From NCBI RefSeq assembly GCF_032191835.1, contig NC_083238.1:32178001-32242000 (forward strand): a stretch of DNA of 64,000 nucleotides, read 5' to 3'. A program made the position numbers and the translations under genes. A model generated the notes under the pieces. That model was not told the origin of the DNA. It made no database searches and was given only the letters and a program-made list of their open reading frames with translations. The stretch is from Heteronotia binoei. Taxonomy: Eukaryota. This document shows positions 13,100 to 25,215 of the stretch, one piece after another; within the stretch, counting starts at the first letter, position 1, and every line of letters begins with the position of its first letter.

Positions 13100-13300
13100 A
13101 ACTCTAAGCCCTGACCTGGATAACCCAAGCTAGCCTGCTCTTGGCAGATCTCGGAAGCTAAGCAGGGTTGACCCTGGCTAATATTTGGTTGGGAGACCTC
13201 CTTGGAATATCATGTTGTGACACAGAAGCAGGCAATGACAAACCAGCTCTGAATAGTTGGTAATACCGGATGTGATGTCCCAGTGTCTCAGCCTCCAGAA
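13100..13300 (+). mobile_element. 5S rRNA-derived SINE (5S-Sauria/SINE3-like)
   Basis: gatctcggaagctaagcagggt...ggttgggagacc matches the 5S internal promoter region but continues into a non-5S tail; not an intact 5S gene. Confidence 0.75.
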
Positions 13301-13341
13301 GCAAGTGACCACAGAATTGTAGGCAGAGAGGCAGACACTGA

Positions 13342-13627
13342 GGGCGTTTTCGCACTGACCTTAATTGGTAACGACGCCCCTCTTCACCGCGCAGGATCTG
13401 CGCGGATTTCGCACTAATTGCCGCGGAGCACCCGGAAGAGCCGGAAAGTCCTGCGGCTTTTGCAGCTCAAATGGAAACTGGTTTTTGGCGGTTTCCGTTT
13501 GCGCCGCAAAAGCCGGGGGACTTTCCGGCTCTTCCGGGTGCTCCACGGCAATTAGTGCGAAATCCACGCAGATCCTGCGCGGCGAAGATGGGCATCGCTA
13601 CCGATTAAGGTCAGTGCGAAAACGCCC
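13342..13627. mobile_element. 286-bp fully palindromic MITE, PIF/Harbinger-like
   Basis: gggcgttttcgcac...gtgcgaaaacgccc, self-complementary along its whole length; 3-bp TSD tga. Confidence 0.85.
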
Positions 13628-15316
13628 TGAGTGTCTTTCTCTTTACTGTCACTGACTCCCTTTGAAATGTAAATCAACACTCTTTAGGGAAAGGAAACTT
13701 CCTTCCGTCTCCTCCCTTCCTCTCTCCCCAGTCTCTCTCCCCCGCCCTCATCTGTTAGTTAGCCTAGGAACTGACTCTCTACCATGCACTATTGAGAATG
13801 TATTTCTAGAATAAAGTTATTATTTTGTTTCAAACTGACACGTGGCTCTAACTTTGTAGTTTTGCAAGCACATGTTTGATTTGGGACAAGCACTGCTGCA
13901 TTAAAACCAAGTGAACTCTGTTAACTAAAGAAGTATCCGGATCATCAAAACCTTCCTTCATGAATGTCTTTTCCCTTGAAAACCCTACAGGGTCGTCATA
14001 AGTCAGCTATGACTCAACAGCAATAAAAATACCACTTTATGACAATAAAGGTATTGACTAACAAAAAAAATCACTCTACATAAGAAGCAAAGAAAAAAAG
14101 CTAATAAGGTTAATACAGGAATACTAAGTTTTATCTGTTGATCTGTCTATACCTTTACTCTTCTGTTAGAACTTGTCTTTCTGTTTTGCAGTTGCTTCTA
14201 TGGGATTTTTTTGTTAGTGTAGTAAATATTTTTTGGGGGAAAAAACTGCAAAGCAGTATTGCATTCTTTAAACTGTGCTTTTATTGTCTTTTGTAACTGT
14301 AGATTAGGATAGCATCTAATCATTTTTTCCCTTTTCACAGGGCATAAAGTATCATATAATTAGCTGCCTATGCTGAAGCCGCATGACATGGATTCAGCAT
14401 TATTAGGCAAACACACCCTCTTGTGCCTCACAGGTGTGGGAAAACTTTGAACTTATTCCACAGCCAAGATCGATTACTCTTTATACGTAAACATGGGACC
14501 AGGATGGAAATTGCCCTTTCTCTTTTATACAGTGCAGTAAACCACCAATAATTTCCATATTATTCTAAGGGGAGTTCCAGAATTACCTTCAAATATTCTT
14601 TTTCAGTCTGTCTCCTTTTCAAAATCTAGGTTTTATAGTCCTAAAAAATCTGAAGTTGAAGACCAAATAGCCATCATCCTGGGAATCACAACATAATGGG
14701 CTATTTCTAATTTTCCTTCTTTGGGCTACATGCAATGGTGTTGTAGTTTGTCCAATAGAGATATCACTGGATGGATTCATGGCTTTCAGCAATGGATGAT
14801 GGGGACAGTAGAAATAGAATGAACAACTAGTTTAGAGGCAAGTTGCTGAGAAGGTGCATTATATCAGTGTAATGCAGCAAAAATAACCAACTCTTGTGTC
14901 ATAGGTTGGATCCATTGACTCTGTTCCGCTAAGTGAAATTCTATGACTCCCTTCTACCAAATCTTCCTCCCAATGGAGAGTTTTCCTCCAATAACAACAA
15001 CAACAGAAGAAGAAAAAGAAGAAGACTACTGCTTCTCCAGCAGAAAGTCATTCTACATTGGAGGATGTTTTTTCTCCCTTGCAGGAAGGCTCAACAGGTG
15101 AGACTCATAGGATCTAACTTACTGCATAGGATTATAGTATCCAACCCTCCATTTCTATTGTGCCCAGAGGACTAGAGCTCATTTCTTGAGATATATGAAG
15201 GGTTGTCCTTAACAGACCTATTACAGTGAACAGCAGTGTGAGTAATGCTTCTCTACCAGTACCACCAAATAATATAGCACTTTATCCTAGACTTCATATC
15301 AAATGGCTGATCTTGG

Positions 15317-15593
15317 AAGAGCCCTGTGGCGTAGAGTGGTAAAGCTGCAATACTGCAGTCCAAGCTCTGCTCACGACCTGAGTTCGATCCTGGCGGAAGC
15401 TGGGTTCAGGTAGCCGGCTCAAGGTTGACTCAGCCTTCCATCCTTCCGAGCACCCTGCTTGCGAGGGGTAAAGTGTAGATGACTAGGGAAGGCAATGGCA
15501 AATCACCCCGTAAAAAGTCTGCCATGAAAATGTCATGATGCGACATCACCCCAGAGTCGGAAATGACTGGTGCTTGCACAGGGGACTACCTTT
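15317..15593 (+). mobile_element. Sauria SINE, near full length
   Basis: tRNA-like head (gtggcgtagagtgg, gagttcgatcc), body, and tail ggggactaccttt. Confidence 0.9.
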
Positions 15594-15599
15594 AGGTTT

Positions 15600-16915
15600 G
15601 ATTTAATTCCATTAATTTACTAGTTTGGAGCAACAGGTTAATGCTCTCTCGAACTGTCTCTGTCCATCTGACTCTTGGAGGGGCAGACTTATCAATAGGA
15701 ACCAGAGATGAATGGCTAACAGCCTCAAATTTTAGTAAGGTAATCAATGGGAAATGGTCACTGTCCAAGCTCTCACCCACTAAAAAGTCCACATAAATTT
15801 TCTCAGATTGGGAGAAGTGATAACATAATCGACAACACTGCTGCCTAATCTGGAACTAAATGTGTACTCCCCCAGCAAGTCATGTTGCATAGACCGATTT
15901 AATATAGATCTATTAGAGGGGATACAAAAATTTGCCAGAAATACTCCCGCTGCATTAACATGGGTTTTTTTTAGAATTCTTTGCAAAAATCAGGAATTCA
16001 GGGAGGGAGTTGTGCAGGTCAAGGCCCAAGGATTTACATAACACGTAATTATCTTTACCTATTCCAGCGTTAAAATCACCCATAGTTATAAATTCGGCAA
16101 AGGGGTACTCCTGCTGCAGATTCTCAATATACATGCTGAAACTGTTCCATTGTGCTGAAAGGTCCCCTCTGTTTAGACAAGGGGGTAAATATACATTAAC
16201 CATTATTAGGGCTGACAGTTTAAGCAAAAGCGCCTGGGCCAGTGAAGAGCAAGGGGGCAGAAAAATAGTATCCACTTTAATCTGGTAAGAAATTAAACAA
16301 CACAGGCCTGCTCTACAGCGGCCCATTTGCTTAAGCTTAATTGCTGGTGTGGAATAGGATTTATAATGTTCAAATTGTATTTCAGTCTGAGCCCAAGTTT
16401 CCTGGCATAATATAATATCAAATTGTTTCAGGAAAGTCCGACAATCTGTGCTAGCCATCTTTTTCTTCCAACCTGCAATATTCCAGGATAAAATCTTTAG
16501 GACTGGTTCTTGGGCACCTTTGAATAGTCAGTTGGACTCCGATATCTTATCCAGAACTCTCCCCTGCTCAAGAAATACACTGCCATTTTTGGTGGAGTTT
16601 TTGAATGTCATTATTGGGAGAGGAGCCTCTGTGGGTAGATGTAATAAATCATCAGAATTGGAGATGATTTGGGGCTCTATTGAGGATAGTGGAGTATAAT
16701 CAGTATTGTGGGAGGATGGGTAGGTTCCAACGTCACGACATGGGGATTTAACTTGCGCTTCCATGCAAGGGACCAGTGAGATCAAAGTTGAGCTGGGCTC
16801 AGTAGTCAGTGTGCAATTGCCATTCACTCCAATCCGGGAAGTGTCCTGCAGGGCCGGGTCGCAGTTCTGGTGCAGACTTGCTTGCATTTCCAACCCCTTA
16901 AGCAGCCCTCCATCT
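15600..16915 (-). mobile_element. Inverted 5' segment of an APE-type LINE (end of ORF1-like region plus endonuclease)
   Basis: Minus strand reads LKILSWNIAGW..DIILCQETW..VNVYLPP..MGDFNA..YTF..SVVDY..SDHFPL, the AP-endonuclease motifs, broken by frameshifts. Confidence 0.9.
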
Positions 16916-18092
16916 AACTCCTGGTGAGAAAGGACTCCAAAATTATAGTATTTTCAAAGTCCTGGAAACCACAAAGCTGGTGCCTCAAGGGAAATAATAT
17001 TGAACAGGTGAAATCTTGTAAATACTTGGGGGTCTTTTTCCAATATAATCATAACTGGACAGTACAACGCAAGAAAGCAGTCATCTCAGCAAGGTGTAGT
17101 TCGTCTGCGGTGGTTAGCTTTTTTTACAAGAACGGCAACCAATTTGTCCCAGCTGCCATTCGTGTTTTTAATGCTAAAACAGTTTCTCAGTTGTTATATG
17201 GGATCCCCATTTGGGTTTGCACCCTCAATTTCCAACTTGAGCAAATTCAAGCGTTTTTACGCCGTATTTTAGGGGTCCCCAACTGTGTTAGCTATGCTGC
17301 AATGTGCCTAGAGACTGGAACCCATTTGATTGAGACCAGGGCATGGCTACTAACTATCAAGTTTTGGCTATGCTGACACTTCAGGGCAGACCCTGCTAGT
17401 TATATCCATATGATGCTAGCAGATTCCTTCGTTTCCAATTGGTATAGTCAGATCCAGAAGAAAATACATTCCATAGGTGTACCCCTGGACAACCTCTGTA
17501 TGCTAAGTGAAACGCAGGCATTCAGAATCCTGAAACAAGAGAATCTTAGATATTGAGAAACAGTCCCTTTGTTCTTCTAGACATAAAACTTGTTCGCCTT
17601 TAGCATTTAGTATCTTCCCAGATCATGGGCTGCCTGCTGCCTACCTTTCCCAGATTACTTCATCCCAGTTACGCCACTCTTTTATGTTAGCAAGACTCAA
17701 TGTTCTACCCTCAGTGGTACTGTCTGGGATGTTTGCCAACAGCCCTTATCAGGATAGAGTCTGCCCATGGAATGGAAGGCACCTTGAAACGGTCGCCCAT
17801 GTCTTACTTCACTGTGATTTTTATGGGGAGTGCAGGACTGTATAATCAAACCTATTTTGTTTAATTTTTATGGATTACCTGAAGCAAAGTTAGTTTTTTT
17901 TCTACTATCTGACCAATGTTCCCATATCACAAGCCTAGTTGCAAAGTACCTTTTGGCTGCTGTAACAATCAGGGAGCAAAAGACTAGCTCCCCTTCTTGA
18001 CGTTTGACTGGTTTTTATAGCTGAAACTCCATGTAAATTTGCCATGCTGTACTTTTCATTTCTATGCCAATAAAGGTATTTGGAAACTTGGA
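16916..18092 (+). mobile_element. 3' segment of the same LINE (post-RT region, zinc-knuckle-like motif, 3' UTR)
   Basis: KYLGVFF..RRILGVPNC..CLETG..ETVAHVLLHC; ends tatgccaataaaggt. The composite is flanked by 12-bp TSD acctttaggttt (15588-15599, 18093-18104). Clade uncertain. Confidence 0.85.
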
Positions 18093-18721
18093 ACCTTTAG
18101 GTTTTCCAAAATTCCTTTGGAGGTGAGGTCTCATTGCATTCCAAAATCCCTTCTTTGCAGGAAGTGGTCTGCACATCTAGACTGTGTAGCCTAGAGATGG
18201 ATTCATATTGTGACTCTGTTTAAGGTTAGTGCTCCACAGCACTATCATTGGGTTCTAATTAAATGTTCTGTGTCTGAGAAATGTTAACCAAAATTATCAT
18301 CCAGGCATTCTACAATGAGTATCCTGGTCTTGGCATATCCAGGCATGGCATCTCTGCTCAGTAGCTGTTTCCTCCCCTGTAGAAATAGGAGCATGGATGT
18401 CTGCTGACAGTAAAATGATAATTACAAAGGGCTCTGAACCGTAACAACTGATTATAAGAACTGCAGACTACTAGCCACCTAGTCATCTGACTCTTAACAC
18501 AGCCATCTAGATGACCTTAGGTGTCAACAAACAAGACCTGAAGGTACCTGATTCTCACAAGTATAGTAGCTTTGAACAAGAAGGTCACATCTGTCATGGC
18601 TAGACTTTGGTGGACCTCTCCTTTGAACCATATTTGAGTATACTGGTAGTTGGAAAGTTTTGGATTCAGTATATATGTATTCTCAGTATGGCACATAAAC
18701 CCAGGAGGAGGAAGAAGACGA

Positions 18722-18975
18722 AGATGATGATGATGAAGAAGAATTGGTTTATATCCCACCCATCACTACCTGAAGGAGTCCTGGAGTGGCTTACAATCTC
18801 CTTCCCTTCCTCTCCCCACAACAGACACCTGTGAGGTAGGTGGGGTGAAGAGAACTCTGAGAGAACTGTTACTGATCCAAGGTCACCCAGCTGCCTGCAT
18901 GTAGAGGAGTGGGGAATCAAACCCAGTTTTCCAGATTATAGTCTGCCACTCTTAACTACTACACCAAACTGGCTC
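18722..18975 (-). mobile_element. Squam3-like SINE
   Basis: Reverse complement of the 4481 element (ends cttaactactacaccaaactggctc). Confidence 0.8.
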
Positions 18976-19514
18976 CAAAAGCCCAGAGGTCCACTTCTTC
19001 AGGATCTCTTACTAAGAGGCAAGACACTGGATAAGCCACATTTTCTGAATAATGAATAACTTTTTAAAAAAGATGGCTTAATGTTGTTATGATTTCTTTT
19101 ATGTTGGCAGCCAACATCTAGTACTTCAATTTTTCTTGCCTCAGTTCCTTGAATGCCTCTCTGTGAGATCCTGTATTTATTTCATTTTTATTTGTTCTAG
19201 CCATTTTATTTGTTTTAGCTGCCCTGAGTCCGCCTGCGGAAAGGCTGGGATAAAAATCAAAAGTAATAATAAATAAATATCCCACATTCTTAGCAGTAGC
19301 AATAGCACCTTAATGACTACCAAAACTTGTATTCAAAACTTTCCAACTACCACTATACTCAAATATGGTATTTGTGTCAGCATATGAACTTTTGTAAGTA
19401 ATCCAATTTTGTAATCCAATAAATAAAAAATAAATACAGCAGTGCTCACTTATTCAGATATAGTTTCTAGATACAAAAGTGGTGTCCTGGTATGAGCTTT
19501 TGTGAGTCATTGCT

Positions 19515-19645
19515 NNNNNNNNNNNNNNNNNNNNNNNNNNNNNNNNNNNNNNNNNNNNNNNNNNNNNNNNNNNNNNNNNNNNNNNNNNNNNNNNNNNNNN
19601 NNNNNNNNNNNNNNNNNNNNNNNNNNNNNNNNNNNNNNNNNNNNN
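19515..19645. other. Assembly gap (131 N)
   Basis: Run of N. Confidence 1.
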
Positions 19646-21629
19646 AAAACGCAAAGAAGAAATCAGCATTGGCCTCCTCCACTTTAAATTATATTCACCC
19701 TTCGTCTAAGCGGGTTCAGAAACAGCCCATTTTTGAAATGTGCAGTGCAATCCAAAGCAGAGTTACAACCCAAACATTCATTGGATTTAGAAGGCTATAA
19801 TTCTGCTTAGAACTGTGCTGCAAGTCTTCTCCCATTCCATCTAGTTTGGCCTGTCATGACTGATAAGCAGAGCACCCACGGGGAAGATGTACAACAAACA
19901 TTTCATGAGGAACTATGAGGCTCTGAGAGGAAGGGAAAAACAAGCCCTTCTGACCCCTGCATGGACTAGCTGAGTTCCTCCAAGCAGCCAGCTCAGATGA
20001 GAGAATGCTTTGAAGGGCCATGTTCTACCAGATGCAGTCCCATTCAAATATTTGACCTCTTTTCTTGTGCGCAAATAGATTTAAATTAGCGCTGGAAAAG
20101 TATCATGTGTATCGTGGGTCTGAATAGCACAGCTATAAATCTAAATCTTAAATGATCCACCAGGATTGTAAATGATATACAACTTTAGAACAGAAATATC
20201 TGTACTAGGTGAAAGAGTAGGGTGTCCTGCAGTCCAAATCATTAATGATAAATATAGCCATGCGTTTTCTTCTCTGTCAAAGGGAGCACAGACCCTTCCT
20301 AGAGGGAAATGCCAAGTTTCTCTCTGATTCTTCCATCCTGTTTTGCTGGGCTTGATTTAAGTGAAATGCTGGTGAGGAAGAAGGATATACCTGTTTGACC
20401 TTGCAGATGTCCAGTATATTATTTAAACTCAGTTGTTGCACATGCAAAGCAGCTGCATGTGCAGCATTTAGCATGCCAGTCCAACATGGTTTGGGAACAC
20501 TGCAAGTGTGGAAACTAATGATGTCGTTTGAACAATGTTGGTGCATGCAGTGTTTCAAGGCTCAATTCTTTTGCCTCACAGAAGACTGATCTTTCCAAAA
20601 TCAGTTGAAAGATGTGGAAGTGAGTGAAGGCAACAAAAATTAACTGAGAATAAGGCTCAGAAGGTAATGGATAAAGAACAAGATGGAACCTTTTTATTGA
20701 CTTGGCTCCTGTTAGATTGGGTAGGGTTGCCAGGTCCCTCTGGAGAATGAGTAGAACCCAACAGGAACTCATTTCCATATTAGGCCACACCCCCTGACAT
20801 CACCATTCTTTCACACACAGCTTTTTTAATCCAGCAGGAACTCATTTGCATATTAGGCCACACCCCTGATGCCAAGCCAGCCAGAACTGTGTTCCTGTGC
20901 ATTCCTGCTAAAAAAAAAAAAAGCTCTGGAGCTGCCAGATCCAGCTTGGGAAACTCCTGGAGATTTGGGGATGGTGCCTGGGGAGGACAAGGACCTCAGT
21001 GGGGTACTATGCCATAGAGTTCAACCTCCAGAGACTCCATTTTCTCCAGGTGAACTAATCTCTGTAGTCTGTAGTTGAGCTGTAATCTCTGGAGATCTTC
21101 ATGTGCCACCTGGAGGATGGCATCCATATGAAGAGTCAAATGTTTTGTTGTTCTAAAATGTTGTGGCAGGAGGATCCATGAATGGGGGCAGGGGTGGTCT
21201 TAGTGATTCTGAAGACCTCAGCAGAAGTTCAAGATGGGGCCTCAGGATGGCTATCAGCCTCCACTGCCAGGGCCCAGCAAGGGGCAGACCTCACCTCATG
21301 TGAGGCAGGTGGCAGCCATTGCGAGAAGCCTGCTGCTCAAGGCTGAAACAGTGTGGGTATAAGCCACTGCTGAGGCAGTTGCCCAAGCCCTGGACAAGGT
21401 GGATGTGAATGGCTGTTGGTCTGAGAGAGTGGGCAATCTGAGCCCCACCTGAGACAGTGGCAGTGATGGAGGCCTGCTCTTTTTCTTCTTTCCCCCTGTT
21501 GTAGAGGTGGGGAGATCATGGACAATTGATCCCTCCGGCATGGGACTGAGGACAATTGCCCATGTTGCCCTCTGGAGTCCTGAAAGGGGTGGGGTGCATT
21601 TTATACCAGTAAAGTGTATAGTTACTGGT

Positions 21630-22165
21630 TGAAAATCATGAAGATCTGAAACAACTACTGATGAAGGTTAATGCAGGAAGTGCCAAAGCAGGATTACAGC
21701 TGAGCATGAAGGATACAAAAATATTGACTGCTGGGGATTTACACAACTTTACCTTTGACGAAATGAAGAAATTGAAATTGTAAAGATTTTGTGTTCCTCA
21801 GCTCAATGATCAACCAAAAAGGGAGACTGCAACCCAGAAATCAGAAGGAGATTGAAAAATCCATGAAGGAGCTAGAAAAGATCCATAAGTGTAAGAATGT
21901 GTCACTGATTAAGATAATTAATTCTATTATATTCCCTATTACTATATACGGGTGTGAAAGCTGGACAATGAATAAAGCTGATGGGAAGAAATCTGATTCA
22001 TTTGAAACGTGATATGATCAGAGGAGAGTTTTACAGGTACCAGGGAGTACCAAAAAGACAAACCAGTGAGTTCTTGATCAAATCAAGCCTGAACTCTCTC
22101 TAGAAGCTAAGATGACCAGACTGAGTCTATTGCAATTTGCTCCTCTTACGAGAAGACAAGTCACC
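21630..22165 (+). mobile_element. RTE-BovB LINE fragment (decayed)
   Basis: Encodes ..IIFPITIYGCESWTMNKAD..KSDSFE.., the BovB post-RT motif. A separate BovB 3' tail lies at ~29445-29512. Confidence 0.85.
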
Positions 22166-22794
22166 AGAAAAACAAACAAACATTAATGTAATATAAAGCA
22201 AGGCAGAATGAAACAAGCAACAGCAACTGTGTATAGAAACAATAAAGATTTCATAAATAAATCTTGGAAAGTCTCTGCTTGTTCTTCAATGATACCTCAT
22301 ACACAATACAAAAATATATTTCAAAGGGGAATAGGTTCCACAGCAGGAGTGTTTCCCATCAAATTCCATCAAAGAAAATCCAGTCCATATGCAGAAATGT
22401 TCGTAAGAGATATACAATCCATCGCAGTCCTTCACAATGTCACTGTGTGGGATCCAGTTCCCTTAAAGATATTGGCTCCAAAGGCTTCTTTCTCCTTACG
22501 TGCCAGTTGACTGATGGATCACGTTTCGCACAAAAATAGAGCCATTCTGTTCTGTAATACTCTTTTTCATAGAGCCATTCTGTTCTGTAATCCCAATCAT
22601 TTGATGTCAAGCTAAGACTTTTCCATACAATCCACATTTGGCACAAGCTCAAACTTGTAAACTCAAAAGTAAGGCAGCGGGAAAAGAGGAAGACCCAAAT
22701 GAAATTGTTCAAGGAAGTTCTCAAGTTTGCAAGACCTGAGTGAGGCTGTTAACAGTGAGTAGGGCATTTTGAAGGCCATTAATTCAGAGGTTCA

Positions 22795-23055
22795 CTGCTC
22801 TGACCTGGATAGCTCAGGCAAGCCCGATCTCACCAGATACTGGAAACTATGGATCAACTCTGGCCGGTACTTGGATGGGAGACCTCCTTGGAGGACGGGG
22901 GCAAACTTTATTCAGCTACCTCTCTGAATATCCTCCATGCTCCCAGTAGGGGTGTCGCCAGACAGTACTGTGACTTCCAGGTGCACACTCATACACACAG
23001 AGGCATGTAAAAATACAACCCCCCAGAAATTTAATAGGGTCATCATAAGTTGTAA
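22795..23055 (+). mobile_element. 5S rRNA-derived SINE
   Basis: gcccgatctc...gtacttggatgggagacc followed by an RTE-like tail. Confidence 0.7.
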
Positions 23056-23663
23056 ACAACTTGACATTATATAACACACACACACATGTTCTTGGATCCT
23101 GGTGCCACAACCTGCTGAAGTACTATTATATTATCCCAGTCCCAAGGCACTTATACTCTACATTTAGACCTTGGGTGTGGGAGAGCATATTAAGTAACAT
23201 ACTTTATAACAGTTACAATTTTAGAAATGGGAAAGGTATTGCACAACTCATTAAATAAGTTGAAGGTTCAGTTTGAGAAGGATCATTGTGCTGTTCCGTT
23301 GTAAGGAAGGTAGGGTTGCGTGCCCTGCTCCAGCAAATGCCAGGAGATGTGGAGGCCAATACCTATGGGAGGGTAGAATCTGAGGGAATGTGCCATTGTA
23401 TCCTCCACAACACTTTAAGAATTCTAATTCTATGGCAAAGACTATAGAGACTGGGGAAATTGTTAGAGTGTAACAAAGGATGTGATGTCACTTCTGGGTG
23501 GAGGCTTGGAGACTGTAACATCAGTTATGGGTGATGTTCCAGGAGTCCCTACAATCTCTATGGTTTTTACCATAGAGATTGGGGAAATCCTTAGAGTGTC
23601 ATCATTAACACTGTTCCCTCTCATTTTTTCTACCACTCTTTAGATCACTGAGGGTGTGACTGT

Positions 23664-24178
23664 GAGCCCAGTGGCACCTTTAAGACTAGTTCTAAGACAA
23701 GCCTTCAAGACTAACAAAGTTTTATTCAAAGTGTGATCTATTTGTACACACAAACTCACACCCTGAATAAAACTTCATTGGTCTTAAATTGGTCTTCATT
23801 GGTAGGAGGTTTGCCTACCGCAGTTGTGCAAATAGTAAGCCTAAAGGAAGGGGTATGCAACCTATGGCTGTAGGTAAATGTGTCCCAGTACAGAACCAAG
23901 TAAGTCCCTTTAAAAAGAAAATTTTAATGTATATTGGAGTGGTTGGTAGTAATGGTAAGTTGTATATTTTCAGAAGAACAAATTCTGAGTCCAATGGCAC
24001 CTTTAAGACCAATGAAGTTTTATTCAGGGTGTGAGTTTGTGTGTACAAATAGATCACACTTTGAATAAAACTTTGTTAGTCTTGAAGGCTTGTCTTAGAG
24101 CTAGTCTTAAAGGTGCCACTGGGCTCAAAATTTATTCTACTGCTTCACACCAACACAGCTGCACACCTGTATTTATCT
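23664..24178. mobile_element. Penelope-like terminal-repeat derivative, inverted duplicated
   Basis: 125-bp arms at 23664-23788 and 24002-24126 are reverse complements. They contain tgaataaaactttgttagtcttaaaggtgccact, as at 40690-40740. Confidence 0.7.
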
Positions 24179-25054
24179 TTATTGTATATGGGAATAGACT
24201 TTGTTATACTGGCTCTTTCTTGATCTCTTTCTCTGAAAGTTGAGGTAGTTTGGCTATTGAATTATAAAAGGTTGCTGACCCCTATTGTAAGGTGTGGCTT
24301 AGAATCATTTTCACATTTAAACATGTCTGAATCTCTGTGACTATATTTGCACTATGTATCTTGCAGCCAATAAGATGATTTAAATAAAAGATGAATGTTT
24401 CAGGAGTGCTATCTCAGAGATTGTTCATTGTAATCAAGCATTCTCTCTTCCCTCCCTATCCTTTTTGCAAGTTTGCACTCATTTTGGTCTCTCTCCCAAT
24501 TTGATTTCATTTTAATAGCTTTGTGTGTCTTGTTTTCTTTCAAGTGTAAGGGATATTTGACCTAAACACATTACTAAAATATAAGGTTCACTTTATATAT
24601 GATGCCACTGCCCATTCATGTGTCATAGAGCACAGACTCCTGTCTGGAATCCCCACCCTATGTCCTGGTTAACAGTCATAGGTGAGTCATGAATTCTCAT
24701 TTCCTGTATGTGCTGCCTGATATGGATTGCAACTGGTGCATGTGGAGGAGTTTCAGCCTTTTCCATCCCCCAGAGCCATTTTCCCAGCTGGTAGCGTTCC
24801 CAGGAGTGTGCTATTCACCAAAAGGCCAAATAGTAATCCCACCCAACAATTGCAGCCCAGGAAATGATGCAATGGGCAGGTGAATCCCCTTCTCCACACA
24901 ATCACAACTTGAACTGGACTGGTAAATGTTGGACTTGAGGAGAACCTGCAACTCATGTGTGATGGTTACGACACAGGATGGATATGCCAGATCCAAATTG
25001 CATACTGCAATGTGTGAAATGGCAGTTATCTAAATAGATATCTAAAAAGCAATC

Positions 25055-25215
25055 TATTGGTCTATCTACTGCGGTGTTGTTTGTTTGTTTGTTCTGACAG
25101 GCAGTGACTCCCCAGTGTTCCAGGCTGAGGTCTTTCATATCACCCGCCACATGATCCTTCAAGCTGGAGATGTTGTGGATTGAACCTGGGACCTCTTGCA
25201 TGTGAAATAGATATT
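25055..25215 (-). mobile_element. tRNA-derived SINE (Squam2/AnolisSINE2-like)
   Basis: Reverse complement of gcaagaggtcccaggttcaatcc...gaaagacctcagcctg; same family as 37366. Confidence 0.65.

Noticed and set aside
13140-13215. 5S rRNA gene
   Set aside because: Only the internal portion matches, with mutations and SINE-type flanks.
14320-14560. Strong polypyrimidine/AG acceptor (ttttttcccttttcacag)
   Set aside because: All three frames hit stops within 12 codons; there is no support for an exon without RNA data.
22540-22595. 33-bp local tandem duplication (agagccattctgttctgtaat); similar 18-bp triplication at ~8545-8595
   Set aside because: Ordinary slippage duplications with no further structure.
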